Of a DNA stretch of 53,115 nt, positions 21,264 through 31,252 are shown in pieces; position 1 is the first letter of the stretch; each line of letters starts with the position of its first letter. A program made the position numbers and the translations under genes. The notes under the pieces were generated by a model. That model was not told the origin of the DNA, made no database searches, and saw nothing but the letters and a program-made list of their open reading frames with translations. The stretch is taken from NCBI GenBank assembly GCA_903860935.1, contig CAIOSQ010000436.1, forward strand, positions 1 to 53,115, given 5' to 3'. This DNA is from an uncultured Rhodospirillales bacterium. GTDB lineage: Bacteria > Pseudomonadota > Alphaproteobacteria > CACIAM-22H2.

Positions 21264-23562
21264 TCCCGCGACCATGCCACGCGCGCCGCTCGGCCTGCCC
21301 CTGCCGCATGACAGCGCGACGCTGCATGTCACCGGCGAGGCGCTCTACGTCGACGATCTGCCCGAGCCGCCCGGCCTGCTCCACGCCGTGCTCGCGCTGT
21401 CGCCCGAGGCGCATGCGGAAATCCTGGCCCTCGACCTCGACCCGGCGCTCACGCTGCTCGGCGACAACGGGCTTGCCGTAACCGCGCGCGACATTCCGGG
21501 GATCAACGACGTCGGACCGATGTCCGGACCGGAGCCGATCCTTGCCGACGGGATCGTCGCCTATGTCGGGCAGCCGATCGCCGCCGTGGCCGCCCCAGAA
21601 CTCGCCCGTGCCCGCGCGGCGGCCCGCGCGGTGCGCGCGACCTATCGCCGGCGCGAGGCCGTGCTCGACATCCCCGCCGCGATGGCACGCGCGCAGTATG
21701 TCTGCCCGCCGCACCGCATGACGCGCGGCGATGCCGCCGCCGCGATCGCGGCCGCCCCGCGTCGCCTGTCCGGCACGTTCGCGATCGGCGGCCAGGACCA
21801 TTTCTATCTGGAGGGCCAGGTGGCGATGGCGCTGCCACAGGAGGATGGCGGCGTGCGCATCCTCTCCTCGACCCAGCACCCGAGCGAGGTGCAGAAGATG
21901 GTCGCGCGCGTCCTCGGCCTGCCGGAGGCAGCGGTAACCTGCGAGGTCCGGCGCATGGGCGGCGGGTTCGGCGGCAAGGAGACCCAACCCGCAATCTTCG
22001 CCGCGATCGCGGCGCTCCTGGCGCGGCGCGCGGGCCGGCCGGTGAAGCTGCGCCTCGACCGCGACGACGACATGACGATCACCGGCAAGCGGCACGACTT
22101 CCATGTCCGCTGGTCGGCCGGATTCGACACCGAGGGCAGGCTGCACGGCGTCGAGATGGAACTCGCCGCGCGGGCCGGCCATGACGCCGACCTGTCCCCG
22201 GCCATCGTCGACCGGGCGATGTTCCACGCGCTGAACTGCTACCGCGCGCCGGCCGTGTCAGTCGCCGGATACGCCTGCCGCACCAACACCCAGTCGAACA
22301 CGGCCTTCCGCGGCTTCGGCGGACCGCAGGGCATGCTCGCCGCGGAGGAGATGATCGACGCCATCGCGCGCGACCTCGCGATCGATCCCATCGAACTCCG
22401 GCGACGCAACCTGCTCGTCCCTGGCGATGCGACCCATTACGGGCAGCGTATCGAGCACATGGCGCTGCCGCGGATCTTCGACGCGCTTCTGGACGGCGTC
22501 GGATATGCCAGCCGCCGCGCCGAGATCGACGCGGCGAACGACGGTCCGGGGTTCATCCGGCGCGGCCTCGGCTTCGCGCCCGTGATGTTCGGGATCTCCT
22601 TCACGGCCACGGCCTACAATCAGGCCGGCGCGCTCGTGCATCTCTACACCGATGGTTCCGTGCTGCTGAACCATGGCGGCACCGAGATGGGTCAGGGCCT
22701 CTATCGCAAGGTGGCCCAGGTCGTGGCCGCCGAACTCGGCGTGCCGCCGGGGCGGGTGCGCCTCGCCGCGACCAGCACCGACAAGGTGCCGAACACCTCG
22801 GCGACGGCGGCCTCGTCGGGCAGCGACCTCAACGGTGCCGCAGCGGCCGATGCCTGCCGCAAGATCCGCAGCCGGCTCGCCGATTTCGCGGCCCGCGCCC
22901 ATGGCGGCGCGCCCGACGAGATCGTGTTCGCGGACGGTCATGTGCGTGGCCCCTCGTGGTCCTTCGACCTCGCGACCCTCGCCACGCAGGCCTATCGGGC
23001 GCGCGTCCAGCTCTGGGATTCCGGCTTTTACGCGACCCCGCGCATCCATTACGACCGCGCGCGCAACACGGGACATCCTTTCTACTACTACGCGTTCGGC
23101 GCGGCGCTCTGCGAAGCGGCGATCGACATCCTTACCGGCGAGAGCCGGATCCTGCGCGCCGACCTGCTCCACGACGTCGGACGCTCGATCAACCCGGCGA
23201 TCGATCTTGGCCAGGTCGAGGGCGGGTTCATCCAGGGCCTCGGCTGGCTCACCTCCGAGGAACTGGTCTTCGATCGCGACGGCAGGCTGCGCACCCATTC
23301 GCCCGCGACCTACAAGATCCCGACCGCGCGCGATCTGCCGCCGGATTTCCGGGTCCGCCTGCTCGAGGGCGCGGACAATCCCGTCGCCACGATCCACCGC
23401 TCCAAGGCGGTCGGCGAACCGCCGCTTATGCTCGCGAACGCCGCGTGGCTCGCGATCAAGGACGCCTGCGCCGCAGCCGCCGGAACACGCCATGTGCGTC
23501 TCGATGCGCCGGCGACGCCGGAGGCGATCCTGCGCGCCTGCGGCCGACTGCCCGCGCGATGA
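21256..23562 (+). CDS. xdhB: Xanthine dehydrogenase molybdopterin-binding subunit
   Basis: Internal ATG at 21256 (MDDPATMPRAPLGLPLPHDSATLHVTGEALYVDD). Contains RRMGGGFGGKE, FRGFGGPQG and GEPP. It overlaps the xdhA stop by 8 nt. Confidence 0.9.
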   Translation: MDDPATMPRAPLGLPLPHDSATLHVTGEALYVDDLPEPPGLLHAVLALSPEAHAEILALDLDPALTLLGDNGLAVTARDIPGINDVGPMSGPEPILADGIVAYVGQPIAAVAAPELARARAAARAVRATYRRREAVLDIPAAMARAQYVCPPHRMTRGDAAAAIAAAPRRLSGTFAIGGQDHFYLEGQVAMALPQEDGGVRILSSTQHPSEVQKMVARVLGLPEAAVTCEVRRMGGGFGGKETQPAIFAAIAALLARRAGRPVKLRLDRDDDMTITGKRHDFHVRWSAGFDTEGRLHGVEMELAARAGHDADLSPAIVDRAMFHALNCYRAPAVSVAGYACRTNTQSNTAFRGFGGPQGMLAAEEMIDAIARDLAIDPIELRRRNLLVPGDATHYGQRIEHMALPRIFDALLDGVGYASRRAEIDAANDGPGFIRRGLGFAPVMFGISFTATAYNQAGALVHLYTDGSVLLNHGGTEMGQGLYRKVAQVVAAELGVPPGRVRLAATSTDKVPNTSATAASSGSDLNGAAAADACRKIRSRLADFAARAHGGAPDEIVFADGHVRGPSWSFDLATLATQAYRARVQLWDSGFYATPRIHYDRARNTGHPFYYYAFGAALCEAAIDILTGESRILRADLLHDVGRSINPAIDLGQVEGGFIQGLGWLTSEELVFDRDGRLRTHSPATYKIPTARDLPPDFRVRLLEGADNPVATIHRSKAVGEPPLMLANAAWLAIKDACAAAAGTRHVRLDAPATPEAILRACGRLPAR

Positions 23563-24335
23563 CGCCGTCCACAGGTCAGCTCGACTGGCTCGCGGCGCTC
23601 GGCGCGGCACGCGAGGCCGGCGAGGCCTGCGTCCTCGTCACCGTCGCCGCGTCGCGTGGCTCCGCGCCGCGCGAGGCCGGCGCCAAGATGCTCGTGCGGC
23701 GCGATGGCGGCTTCGCCGGCACCATCGGCGGCGGCCGGCTTGAGCATCGCGCGCTGGCCCGCGCCGGAGAGCTGATCGCCGCAGGGGCAAACGAGCCGGC
23801 GCTCGAGCGCATTGCCCTCGGTCCGGCGCTCGGCCAATGCTGCGGCGGCGAGGTGACGCTGCTCTTCGAACCCTTCGCGGGCACCGCGCTGCGCGTCGCG
23901 CTCTTCGGCGCCGGCCATGTCGGCCGCGCCGTGGTCGAGGTGCTGGCGGGGCTTCCGGTCCGCATCGACTGGATCGACTCTCGCGACGGGATGTTTCCGG
24001 CCGCGCTGCCGCCAGGAACGCGCGCGATCGCCGCGGACCCGCCGGCCGACGAGGTCGCGGACCTTGCCGCGGGCAGCGCCGTCGTCGCGATGACGCATGG
24101 CCACGATCTCGATTTCGCCATCGTCGCGGCGGCGATCGCCCGCGGCGATTTTCCCTATGTCGGCGTCATCGGCTCCGAGACAAAGGCGGCACGGTTCCGA
24201 GCCAGGCTCGGGCAACGGGGTCTCGATCCCGCCCGGCTGCGCTGCCCGATCGGCGTCCCCGGCCTGCGGACCAAACATCCCCGCGCCGTCGCGATCGCGC
24301 TCGCCGCGGAGCTCCTTGGCCTCACTCGCATCTGA
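23559..24335 (+). CDS. xdhC: Xanthine dehydrogenase accessory/maturation protein
   Basis: Internal ATG at 23559, overlapping the xdhB stop (ATGA). Contains RGSAPREAGAKMLV, FGAGHVGRAV and YVGVIGSETKAARF. Confidence 0.85.
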   Translation: MTPSTGQLDWLAALGAAREAGEACVLVTVAASRGSAPREAGAKMLVRRDGGFAGTIGGGRLEHRALARAGELIAAGANEPALERIALGPALGQCCGGEVTLLFEPFAGTALRVALFGAGHVGRAVVEVLAGLPVRIDWIDSRDGMFPAALPPGTRAIAADPPADEVADLAAGSAVVAMTHGHDLDFAIVAAAIARGDFPYVGVIGSETKAARFRARLGQRGLDPARLRCPIGVPGLRTKHPRAVAIALAAELLGLTRI

Positions 24336-24398
24336 CACCGCGGGATCGCGTTCCGGGGCGTCGTCGGCCGCGCAGGCTTGGCGTAAACTCGAGCGACC

Positions 24399-25430
24399 AT
24401 GACCCGATTCTTCGTCGTCCACGCCATCCTGCTCGCCGGCCTCGCCGCGATCGCCGCGATCATCGCCTGGGCGATGGCGCGCTGGCGGCCGCTGATGGAC
24501 GCGCCCAACGCCCGCTCGTCGCATGCCTTGCCGACGCCACGCGGCGGCGGGGTCGGGATCGTCGTGGCGACGCTGTTCGGGTGGCTCCTGTTCTGGAATG
24601 CCGGCTTCGCGTCGCGCGCGGCGGGGGCGCCGGAATTCGGACTGGCCGCGGGAGCGACGATGGTGGCGCTCGCAGGGCTGATGGACGATCGCCGCGCCCA
24701 GCCCGCGGCGATCAAGCTGGGTGCGCAGGCGCTCGCCACCCTCGTGGCGCTCGCGTGCGGCCTGACGATCGATCGCATCGCCCTTCCCGGGCTCGGCCTG
24801 GTCGAGCTCGGCGTGTTCGCCTGGCCACTCACCGCGCTCTGGCTGGTCGGGCTCACCAACGCCTTCAACTTCATGGACGGGCTCGACGGACTTGCCGCCG
24901 CCACGGCGACGATCGCCGCGGCGGCCCTCGCCCTGGTGGCTCAGGCCGGCGGCAACGGTCCCATCGCGGCGCTCGCGTGGTCGCTGGCCGCCGGCAGCGC
25001 GGGGTTCTTGCTGCTGAACAAGCCGCCGGCACGGATCTTCATGGGCGATGTCGGCAGCCAGTTCCTGGGCTTCGCCTTCGCGGGGATCGGCGTGCTGATG
25101 GCAAGCCGCGGCGGGGACGGCGGCGGCGCGCTGCTGGTGCCGCTGCTGCTGTTCCACTTCCTGTTCGACACCGCGCTGACCGCATGGCGGCGCGCGCGAC
25201 GCGGCGAAAAGCTCTGGCAAGCGCATCGCGAGCATCTCTACCAGCGGCTCAACCGCACCGGGCTTGGCCATGGGGCGGTCACGCTGTGCGCCAGCGCCGC
25301 GGCGCTGATCCTGGCCGCGCTCGCCCTTCTGGCGCCCGACGCGAGCGCGCTCTGGCGTGCCCTCGGGATCGCCTTCGCGCTACAGCTCGCCTATGCCACC
25401 TGGGTCGCGCGCCGCGAGGCGCGGCGCTGA
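24399..25430 (+). CDS. Polyprenyl-phosphate N-acetylhexosamine-1-phosphate transferase (GT4, MraY/WecA family)
   Basis: 343-aa polytopic protein. Contains GLMDD, NAFNFMDGLDGLA and MGDVGSQFLGF. Confidence 0.85.
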   Translation: MTRFFVVHAILLAGLAAIAAIIAWAMARWRPLMDAPNARSSHALPTPRGGGVGIVVATLFGWLLFWNAGFASRAAGAPEFGLAAGATMVALAGLMDDRRAQPAAIKLGAQALATLVALACGLTIDRIALPGLGLVELGVFAWPLTALWLVGLTNAFNFMDGLDGLAAATATIAAAALALVAQAGGNGPIAALAWSLAAGSAGFLLLNKPPARIFMGDVGSQFLGFAFAGIGVLMASRGGDGGGALLVPLLLFHFLFDTALTAWRRARRGEKLWQAHREHLYQRLNRTGLGHGAVTLCASAAALILAALALLAPDASALWRALGIAFALQLAYATWVARREARR

Positions 25431-25437
25431 CCGCGGC

Positions 25438-26850
25438 TCACGCGCCGAGCGGCGGGGGCGGCAGCGGCGCGACGCGCTCCAGCGCCGCGCCGAGCGACAG
25501 CACGCCTTCTTCGTTCCAGCGCGGTCCGACCACCTGCAATCCGACCGGAAGGTTCGCGCGGTCGAGCCCGGCCGGTACGCAGAGCACGGGCAACCCGGCG
25601 GAGCTGAGCACGAAGGTCGGGGCCGCCCAGTCGATGTAACTCTCCATCTTCCGGCCACCGATCGTCTCGGGATAGTTCTTGTCGACGGCAAAGGGCGGAA
25701 CCGGCGCGCAAGGCGTCAGCAGCCGGTCGTGCCGCTCGAAGAATGCCGCGAGGCGCGCCATGAGCCGCGCACGGCCACGCTCGCCCTCGGCGACGTCGCG
25801 TGGCGACTGCGCCAGGGCGAAGCGCAGGTTGCCGGCGTAGTTCGGTCCCAGACGGTCGATCCTGTCGAGCATGTCGAGCCCGCCATTCAGGACGAACTGG
25901 CCGCGCAGCTGCAGGAAGGTCTTGCGGAAGGCCGAGAGGTCGAGATCGACCTCCTCGACCTCGACCCCGAGGTCGCGCAGCGCGAAGGCCGCCTGGCGCG
26001 CGACGCGCTCGATATCGGGATCGATGCCGATGCGTACGATGTCGGCGCAATAGGCGACGCGCAGACCTGGCCGCAGGGGCGACGCCACGGCCGCGGGGAA
26101 GTCGCGGCCCTCGACCGGCACGACGAAGGGTTCCATCGGATGCGGGCCGGACACCGCCTGGAGCATCAGCGCGAGGTCCGCGACGTTGCGCGCCATGGGC
26201 CCGTCGACGCTGAGCGGATTCCACGGCTGGTCCGACGGGACCAGCGGCACGAGACCGGGCGACGGGCGCAGCCCGACCACGCCGCAAAACGACGCCGGCA
26301 GGCGCAGCGACCCACCGAGATCGGAGCCCGTCGCGAGCGCGAACATCCCGGCCACCAGCCCGGCCGCGCCGCCACCCGTCGACCCGGACGCCGAGAGCGC
26401 CGGGTTCCAGGGGTTGCGCGTCACGCCGAAGACCTGGTTCACGGTATGGGCGCCATAGGCGTATTCCGGCACGTTGGTCTTCCCCATGACGATCGCATCC
26501 GCGGCGCGCAGACGCGCGACGATCGCCGCATCCTCGGCGGGGACATGGTCCTTCATCAGCGGCGACCCATAGGTCGTCCGGATTCCCGCCGTCGGATGCG
26601 TGTCCTTGATGCCCACGGGCACGCCGGCGAGGAGACCAAGGGGCGCGCCCGCCGCGCGCCGCCGCTCGATGTCGCGCGCCTGATCCAGCGCCGCCTGGGC
26701 GGTCTCTGTGACGACCGCGTTCAGCCGCGGATTATGCCGGGCGATCGCCGCGAGATGCGCCTCTACCACTTCCGTAGGCGTCAATTCGCCGCTGCGGATC
26801 TTGAGCGCGATGGTGGTGGCGGACAGGCTGACAAGGGACGAATGGCTCAT
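25438..26850 (-). CDS. Amidase-signature family amidase
   Basis: GVPVGIKD..., the Gly/Ser-rich signature SGSTGGGAAGLVAG...ATGSDLGGSLRLPASFCGVVGLRPS. Start placed at ATG 26850 (MSHSSLVS); an upstream alternative lies at 26892. Confidence 0.85.
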   Translation of the reverse strand: MSHSSLVSLSATTIALKIRSGELTPTEVVEAHLAAIARHNPRLNAVVTETAQAALDQARDIERRRAAGAPLGLLAGVPVGIKDTHPTAGIRTTYGSPLMKDHVPAEDAAIVARLRAADAIVMGKTNVPEYAYGAHTVNQVFGVTRNPWNPALSASGSTGGGAAGLVAGMFALATGSDLGGSLRLPASFCGVVGLRPSPGLVPLVPSDQPWNPLSVDGPMARNVADLALMLQAVSGPHPMEPFVVPVEGRDFPAAVASPLRPGLRVAYCADIVRIGIDPDIERVARQAAFALRDLGVEVEEVDLDLSAFRKTFLQLRGQFVLNGGLDMLDRIDRLGPNYAGNLRFALAQSPRDVAEGERGRARLMARLAAFFERHDRLLTPCAPVPPFAVDKNYPETIGGRKMESYIDWAAPTFVLSSAGLPVLCVPAGLDRANLPVGLQVVGPRWNEEGVLSLGAALERVAPLPPPPLGA

Positions 26851-26966
26851 GGGAGTTCGATGGGCGCCCTGGCTGGAGGTGGAGTCGTCCACCCCAGCGT
26901 AGCGCCAAATCGGATCGTCCCAGAGATGCGGTTTCGCCGCCCCCGCCAGGCTCGGAGACAGGCTTC

Positions 26967-28127
26967 ATGCACCGGAACGTTCCTTTCTACCGCCACGACC
27001 TCGCACCGCAGGACGCCGCGCGGATCGCCGAAGTCCTGGCGACGCCCATGCTCACCTCGGGCGCAGTCGGCAAGTCCGTCGAGGCGCAGTTGCGCACGTT
27101 CTTCGGTGTCGGCCATGCCGGGCTCGTCAACTCCTGGACGAACGGCGCCGTCGCGGCGCTGCTCGCGCTCGATGTCGGTCCCGGCGACGAGGTGATCGTT
27201 CCGGCGATGACGTTCATCGCCACCGCCAACGCCGCGGAACTCGTCGGCGCCAAGCCGGTCTTCGTCGATGTCGATCCCGACACGCTGCTGCTCTCTCCCG
27301 CCGCGATGCGCGCGGCGCTCGGACCACGCACACGCGCCGTGATCCCCGTGCATCTCTACGGGCAGATGGCCGACATCGGCGCGTTGCGCGCCACGCTCGA
27401 CGAGGCAGGACGCCAGGATGTGCGCCTGATCGAGGATGCCGCGCATTGCTTCGAGGGCAGCCTTCGCGGCGAACGGCCCGGGGCGCGCTCGGACATCGCG
27501 ATCTTCTCGTTCTACGCGACCAAGAACGTGACCTGCGGCGAAGGCGGCGCCTATGTCACCAATTCCGACGAGATCGCCGAGCGCATGGCCCAGACGCGGC
27601 TGCACGGCATGAGCGCCGGCGCCGCCGACCGCTTCCGCCAGGGCGCGTATCGCCATTGGGACATGACGCGGCTCGGCACCAAGGCCAATCTGCCCGACCT
27701 GCTGGCCGCGCTGTTGCCGCCGCAGATCGACACCATCCAGGCACGGCTGGCGCGGCGCGCGACGCTCGCCGCGCGGTACGATGCCGCACTCGCAGACCTG
27801 CCGGTGCGCCGACCGGCGCTGCGCCCGGATGCGCTCTCCGCGCACCATGTGTTCCCGATCCATGTGCCACCGGCGATACGCGACGAGGCGATCGCCGCGT
27901 TCAACGCCGCCGGTGTCGCCGTCACCGTCAACTACCGCGCCGTCCCCACGCTTGGGTACTACCGCGAGAGATACGGGTACGGACCGGCCGATTTTCCTGT
28001 CAGCTACGCGTGGGGTGAAGGAACGGTCACGCTGCCTTTCTTTCCGGCGATGCAGGACGCGGACCAGGACCACGTGGTCACCGTCCTGCGCGAGCGCATC
28101 GTCCCCTTGTGCAAGCGCGCGGCCTGA
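26967..28127 (+). CDS. DegT/DnrJ/EryC1/StrS-family sugar aminotransferase (PLP-dependent)
   Basis: 386 aa. Contains VIVPAMTFIATANA, VDVDPDTLLL and IFSFYATKNVTCGEGG (the Lys of the PLP Schiff-base region). Confidence 0.88.
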   Translation: MHRNVPFYRHDLAPQDAARIAEVLATPMLTSGAVGKSVEAQLRTFFGVGHAGLVNSWTNGAVAALLALDVGPGDEVIVPAMTFIATANAAELVGAKPVFVDVDPDTLLLSPAAMRAALGPRTRAVIPVHLYGQMADIGALRATLDEAGRQDVRLIEDAAHCFEGSLRGERPGARSDIAIFSFYATKNVTCGEGGAYVTNSDEIAERMAQTRLHGMSAGAADRFRQGAYRHWDMTRLGTKANLPDLLAALLPPQIDTIQARLARRATLAARYDAALADLPVRRPALRPDALSAHHVFPIHVPPAIRDEAIAAFNAAGVAVTVNYRAVPTLGYYRERYGYGPADFPVSYAWGEGTVTLPFFPAMQDADQDHVVTVLRERIVPLCKRAA

Positions 28128-28163
28128 CGCCGCGCACGCAACCGCCAGAGGAGCACGCCATAC

Positions 28164-29207
28164 ATGAGCACGGATCCGAATTCGCAATCGACCATCCTCG
28201 TCTCCGGCGCCGGCGGCTATATCGGCAGCGTCCTGACCCGCGAGCTTCTCGCAGCCGGGCATCGCGTCGTCGCCTTCGATCGGTTTTTCTTCGGGCGGGA
28301 GACCCTCGATGGCGCCGATCCCGGAGGAAAGCTGTCGATCGTCCAGAAGGATATCCGCGACGTCGAGCCAGCGGATCTGCAGGGCGTCGACATCGTGTGC
28401 GACCTCGCCGCGCTGTCCAACGATCCTAGCGGCGAGATCGATCCTGGCCTCACGCATGCCATCAACCACGCCGGCCGCCAGCGGCTCAGCGCGGCCGCCA
28501 AGCGCGCCGGCGTCCGGCGCTACATCCTGTCCAGCTCGTGCTCCGTCTACGGCGCCGGCGAAACGCTCGACCTCTCCGAGGACGCGCCGACCGCGCCGCT
28601 CACCGCCTATGCCGAATCCTCCCTGCGCGCCGAGCACGATGCGATGGCGCTCGCCGATGCCGGCTTCTCGCCGACCGTGCTGCGCAACGCGACGGTCTTC
28701 GGCGTGTCGCCGCGCATGCGCTTCGACCTTGTGATCAACCTCATGACGCTGCACGCGGTCGAGCGGGGACACATCACCGTCATGGGCGGCGGCCGGCAAT
28801 GGCGACCGCTCGTCCATGTGCGGGACGTCGCGCGCGCCTTCCGCGCCGTGATCGATGCGCCGGCGGAGCGTGTCTCGGGGCAGGTTTTCAACGTCGGCCT
28901 GTGCAACATGCAGATCCGCAGCCTCGCGTTCATCGTGCGCGAGACCTTGCCCATACCGGTGACGGTCGCGATCGCGCCCGACGACGCCGACCGCCGCAAC
29001 TACAGCATCTCCTTCGCGAAGGCGCGCGCGCGGCTGGGTTTCGTGGCGACGACCGGCATCGAGGACGGCGTGCGCGAGATCTACGACGCGCTCAAATACG
29101 GGCGCGTCGAGAGCGGCCCCAAGACCGTGACGGTCGGTTGGTACCGATCGATCCTGGATGCCAAGCGGCTGATCTCGGCCGTCGAACTGAACGGTCGCGT
29201 GCTTTGA
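28164..29207 (+). CDS. NAD-dependent epimerase/dehydratase (extended SDR) with atypical YxxxS in place of YxxxK
   Basis: Contains VSGAGGYIGSVL (GxxGxxG) and SSCSVYG. The active-site region reads TAYAESSLRAE (tat gcc gaa tcc tcc, 28608-28622). Confidence 0.8.
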   Translation: MSTDPNSQSTILVSGAGGYIGSVLTRELLAAGHRVVAFDRFFFGRETLDGADPGGKLSIVQKDIRDVEPADLQGVDIVCDLAALSNDPSGEIDPGLTHAINHAGRQRLSAAAKRAGVRRYILSSSCSVYGAGETLDLSEDAPTAPLTAYAESSLRAEHDAMALADAGFSPTVLRNATVFGVSPRMRFDLVINLMTLHAVERGHITVMGGGRQWRPLVHVRDVARAFRAVIDAPAERVSGQVFNVGLCNMQIRSLAFIVRETLPIPVTVAIAPDDADRRNYSISFAKARARLGFVATTGIEDGVREIYDALKYGRVESGPKTVTVGWYRSILDAKRLISAVELNGRVL

Positions 29208-30154
29208 GCCGGCCGCTGCTCTCGGTGGTGGCGCCGGTCTACCGCGAGGAAGGGAACGTGGCGGAGTTCTGCCGCCGCACGACGGCGGCGCTCGCCGCCA
29301 TCACGGCCGACCACGAGATCATCCTGGTCGAGGATGGCGGCGGCGATGGCTCCTGGGCGCGCATCGTCGAGGAGTCCCGCCGCGACCGCCGGATCAAGGG
29401 CCTGCGCTTCGCGCGGAATTTCGGACAGCATTACGCGATCACGGCCGGTCTCGCGGCGGCGCGCGGCGACTGGATCGTCGTGATGGACAGCGACCTGCAG
29501 GACAGGCCAGAGGTCATCCCGGAACTCTACGCAAAGGCCCAGCAGGGATTCGAGATCGTCTTCGTCGCGCGGCAGGACCGTCCGGAATCCCTGCTCTACC
29601 GCTGCGCGCAGCGGCTGTTCTACGCGACGTTCCGCTGGCTCGCGGGCACCGACTACGACCCCGCCCACGGCAATTTCTCGATCGTGTCGCGCCGGGTGCT
29701 CGCCCACTACCTGGCACTGAACGAGCAGTTGCGATTCTACGGCGGCATCCTCGCCTGGCTCGGCTTTCCCCGCGCCTCCATTCCCGCCGCACATGGACGC
29801 CGACATTCGGGCAACTCGGTCTATACGCTGCGCAACCGCCTGCGGCTCGCCGGTGCGATCATCGTCGCGCATTCCGACCGGCCGCTGCGCCTGTCGATCG
29901 GATTCGGCTTCCTCATGGCGGCGGGCGCATTCGCCTACGGGCTCGCGATGCTCGTGCGTGCGCTGCTCGGCCAGATCATCGTCCCGGGCTACGCGAGCCT
30001 GATGGTCTCGATCTTCTTCATCGGCGGGCTGATGCTGATCGTACAGGGAATCGTCGGGGTCTATATCGGCAAGATGTACGCCGAGACCAAGCGGCGGCCG
30101 CTCTACGTCGTTGCGGAAAGCATCGGCCTGCCCCCACCGGAGGTACGCCCATGA
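29204..30154 (+). CDS. GT2 polyprenyl-phosphate glycosyltransferase (ArnC/GtrB/DPM-synthase-like) with two C-terminal TM helices
   Basis: Family N-terminus LSVVAPVYREEGNV, then VEDGGGDGS, MDSDLQDRP, and the C-terminal TM pair ...FFIGGLMLIVQGIVGVYIGKMY. No ATG is available. The best start is TTG 29204, overlapping the upstream stop; an alternative GTG lies at 29225. The first 222 aa of track ORF 28538..30154 are an out-of-frame shadow. Confidence 0.8.
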   Translation: MSRPLLSVVAPVYREEGNVAEFCRRTTAALAAITADHEIILVEDGGGDGSWARIVEESRRDRRIKGLRFARNFGQHYAITAGLAAARGDWIVVMDSDLQDRPEVIPELYAKAQQGFEIVFVARQDRPESLLYRCAQRLFYATFRWLAGTDYDPAHGNFSIVSRRVLAHYLALNEQLRFYGGILAWLGFPRASIPAAHGRRHSGNSVYTLRNRLRLAGAIIVAHSDRPLRLSIGFGFLMAAGAFAYGLAMLVRALLGQIIVPGYASLMVSIFFIGGLMLIVQGIVGVYIGKMYAETKRRPLYVVAESIGLPPPEVRP

Positions 30155-30855
30155 CCATGCCATGCCTGTTGCGCCAGGACTTCGACAGCGCGGCCTTCGG
30201 ACGCCCGTTCTTCCGCCTCGCGCGCTTCGATCCCGAGCGTCTGCCCGGGGAGCTGGCCGCGCGCGCCGAGGACCCCGACGTGATGATCGACGCGAAACTC
30301 CCGGCGGAGGAGATCGGACAGGCCGCGCTGCTGCAACGCCTGGGCTTCCGCAAGGTCTCGACCCAGATCGCCCTGTCCCGCCGCGTCGATGGCGCGGAAC
30401 ATGGCGAGGACGGCGCGCGGATCGGCAATCGTCTCGCCCTCGAGCCGACCGATGTCGCCCGCCATGCGGCCAATTTCATCTATGACCGCTTCGCCCTCGA
30501 TATTGCCGTCGATCGCGCGGCGCATGACGCGTTCTACACGCGCTGGATCACCAATTCGCTCTCGGGCGCGCGCCATCGCGTCGCCGATCTGCCGGGTGGC
30601 TTCGCGACGTTCCGCGACGAGGGCGACGCGCTGCGCATCGACCTGCTCTCGGTGCTCGACAAGGGCCGCGGCACCGGAACCGCCCTGCTGCGCGCGATCC
30701 TCGCCCATGGCGGGCGCCTCGGACGCGGTCGCGTCGACGTCGTGACGGAGTGCGAGAACAAGCCGGCCATCCAACTTTACCTGTCGCTCGGATTCCAGCC
30801 GGTCGCCTTTCACACCGCGCTCCATTTCGGTCGGGCGGTTCCACATGCGCGGTGA
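30151..30855 (+). CDS. GNAT-family N-acetyltransferase, WecD-like two-domain layout
   Basis: 234 aa. The C-terminal acetyl-CoA region is GRGTGTALLRAIL...VVTECENKPAIQLYLSLGFQPV. The N-terminal half resembles the non-catalytic domain of TDP-fucosamine acetyltransferases. Its ATG overlaps the GT2 stop. Confidence 0.7.
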   Translation: MTMPCLLRQDFDSAAFGRPFFRLARFDPERLPGELAARAEDPDVMIDAKLPAEEIGQAALLQRLGFRKVSTQIALSRRVDGAEHGEDGARIGNRLALEPTDVARHAANFIYDRFALDIAVDRAAHDAFYTRWITNSLSGARHRVADLPGGFATFRDEGDALRIDLLSVLDKGRGTGTALLRAILAHGGRLGRGRVDVVTECENKPAIQLYLSLGFQPVAFHTALHFGRAVPHAR

Positions 30856-31252
30856 GATGCTCTCCCCGACGCAGCGCTGGGCGATCGTCGGAGGCGCCCT
30901 CAATGCGGCGCTCTACCTCGCCTATCTGGCGCTCGCCGCCACGCCGCTCGGCCACCGGGGCGCCATGACCGCGACCTATGTGGCGGGACTTGGCGCCGGC
31001 TACGTGCTGAACCGCGGCTGGTCGTTCCGACATCGCGGTGCCGTCGCCGCGTCGCTGTCGCGTTATGTCGCGCTCTATGCCGCCGGCTACGCCCTCAACC
31101 TCGCGGCGCTGGCGATCGCGGTCGACGGCTACGGCGTCCCGCATGCCATGGTGCAGGCGATCGCGATCCCGGCGCTCGCGCTGTTCTTCCTGTTCGGTCA
31201 GGCGCGCTGGGTCTTCGCACCGGGTCGTTCCCATGCGGGCCCGGCGTCATGA
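30845..31252 (+). CDS. GtrA-family small membrane protein (lipid-linked sugar translocation family)
   Basis: 135 aa with four predicted TM segments. Contains the GtrA-like YVLNRGWSFRH motif. Confidence 0.8.
   Translation: MRGEMLSPTQRWAIVGGALNAALYLAYLALAATPLGHRGAMTATYVAGLGAGYVLNRGWSFRHRGAVAASLSRYVALYAAGYALNLAALAIAVDGYGVPHAMVQAIAIPALALFFLFGQARWVFAPGRSHAGPAS

Noticed and set aside
19755-28817. Other long antisense ORFs: 19755..21056(-), 20497..22227(-), 22258..23610(-), 23310..25271(-), 25357..27195(+) and 26847..28817(-)
   Set aside because: Each overlaps a motif-supported gene on the other strand (xdhA/B/C, GT4, amidase, DegT, epimerase). Each shows shadow-ORF composition.
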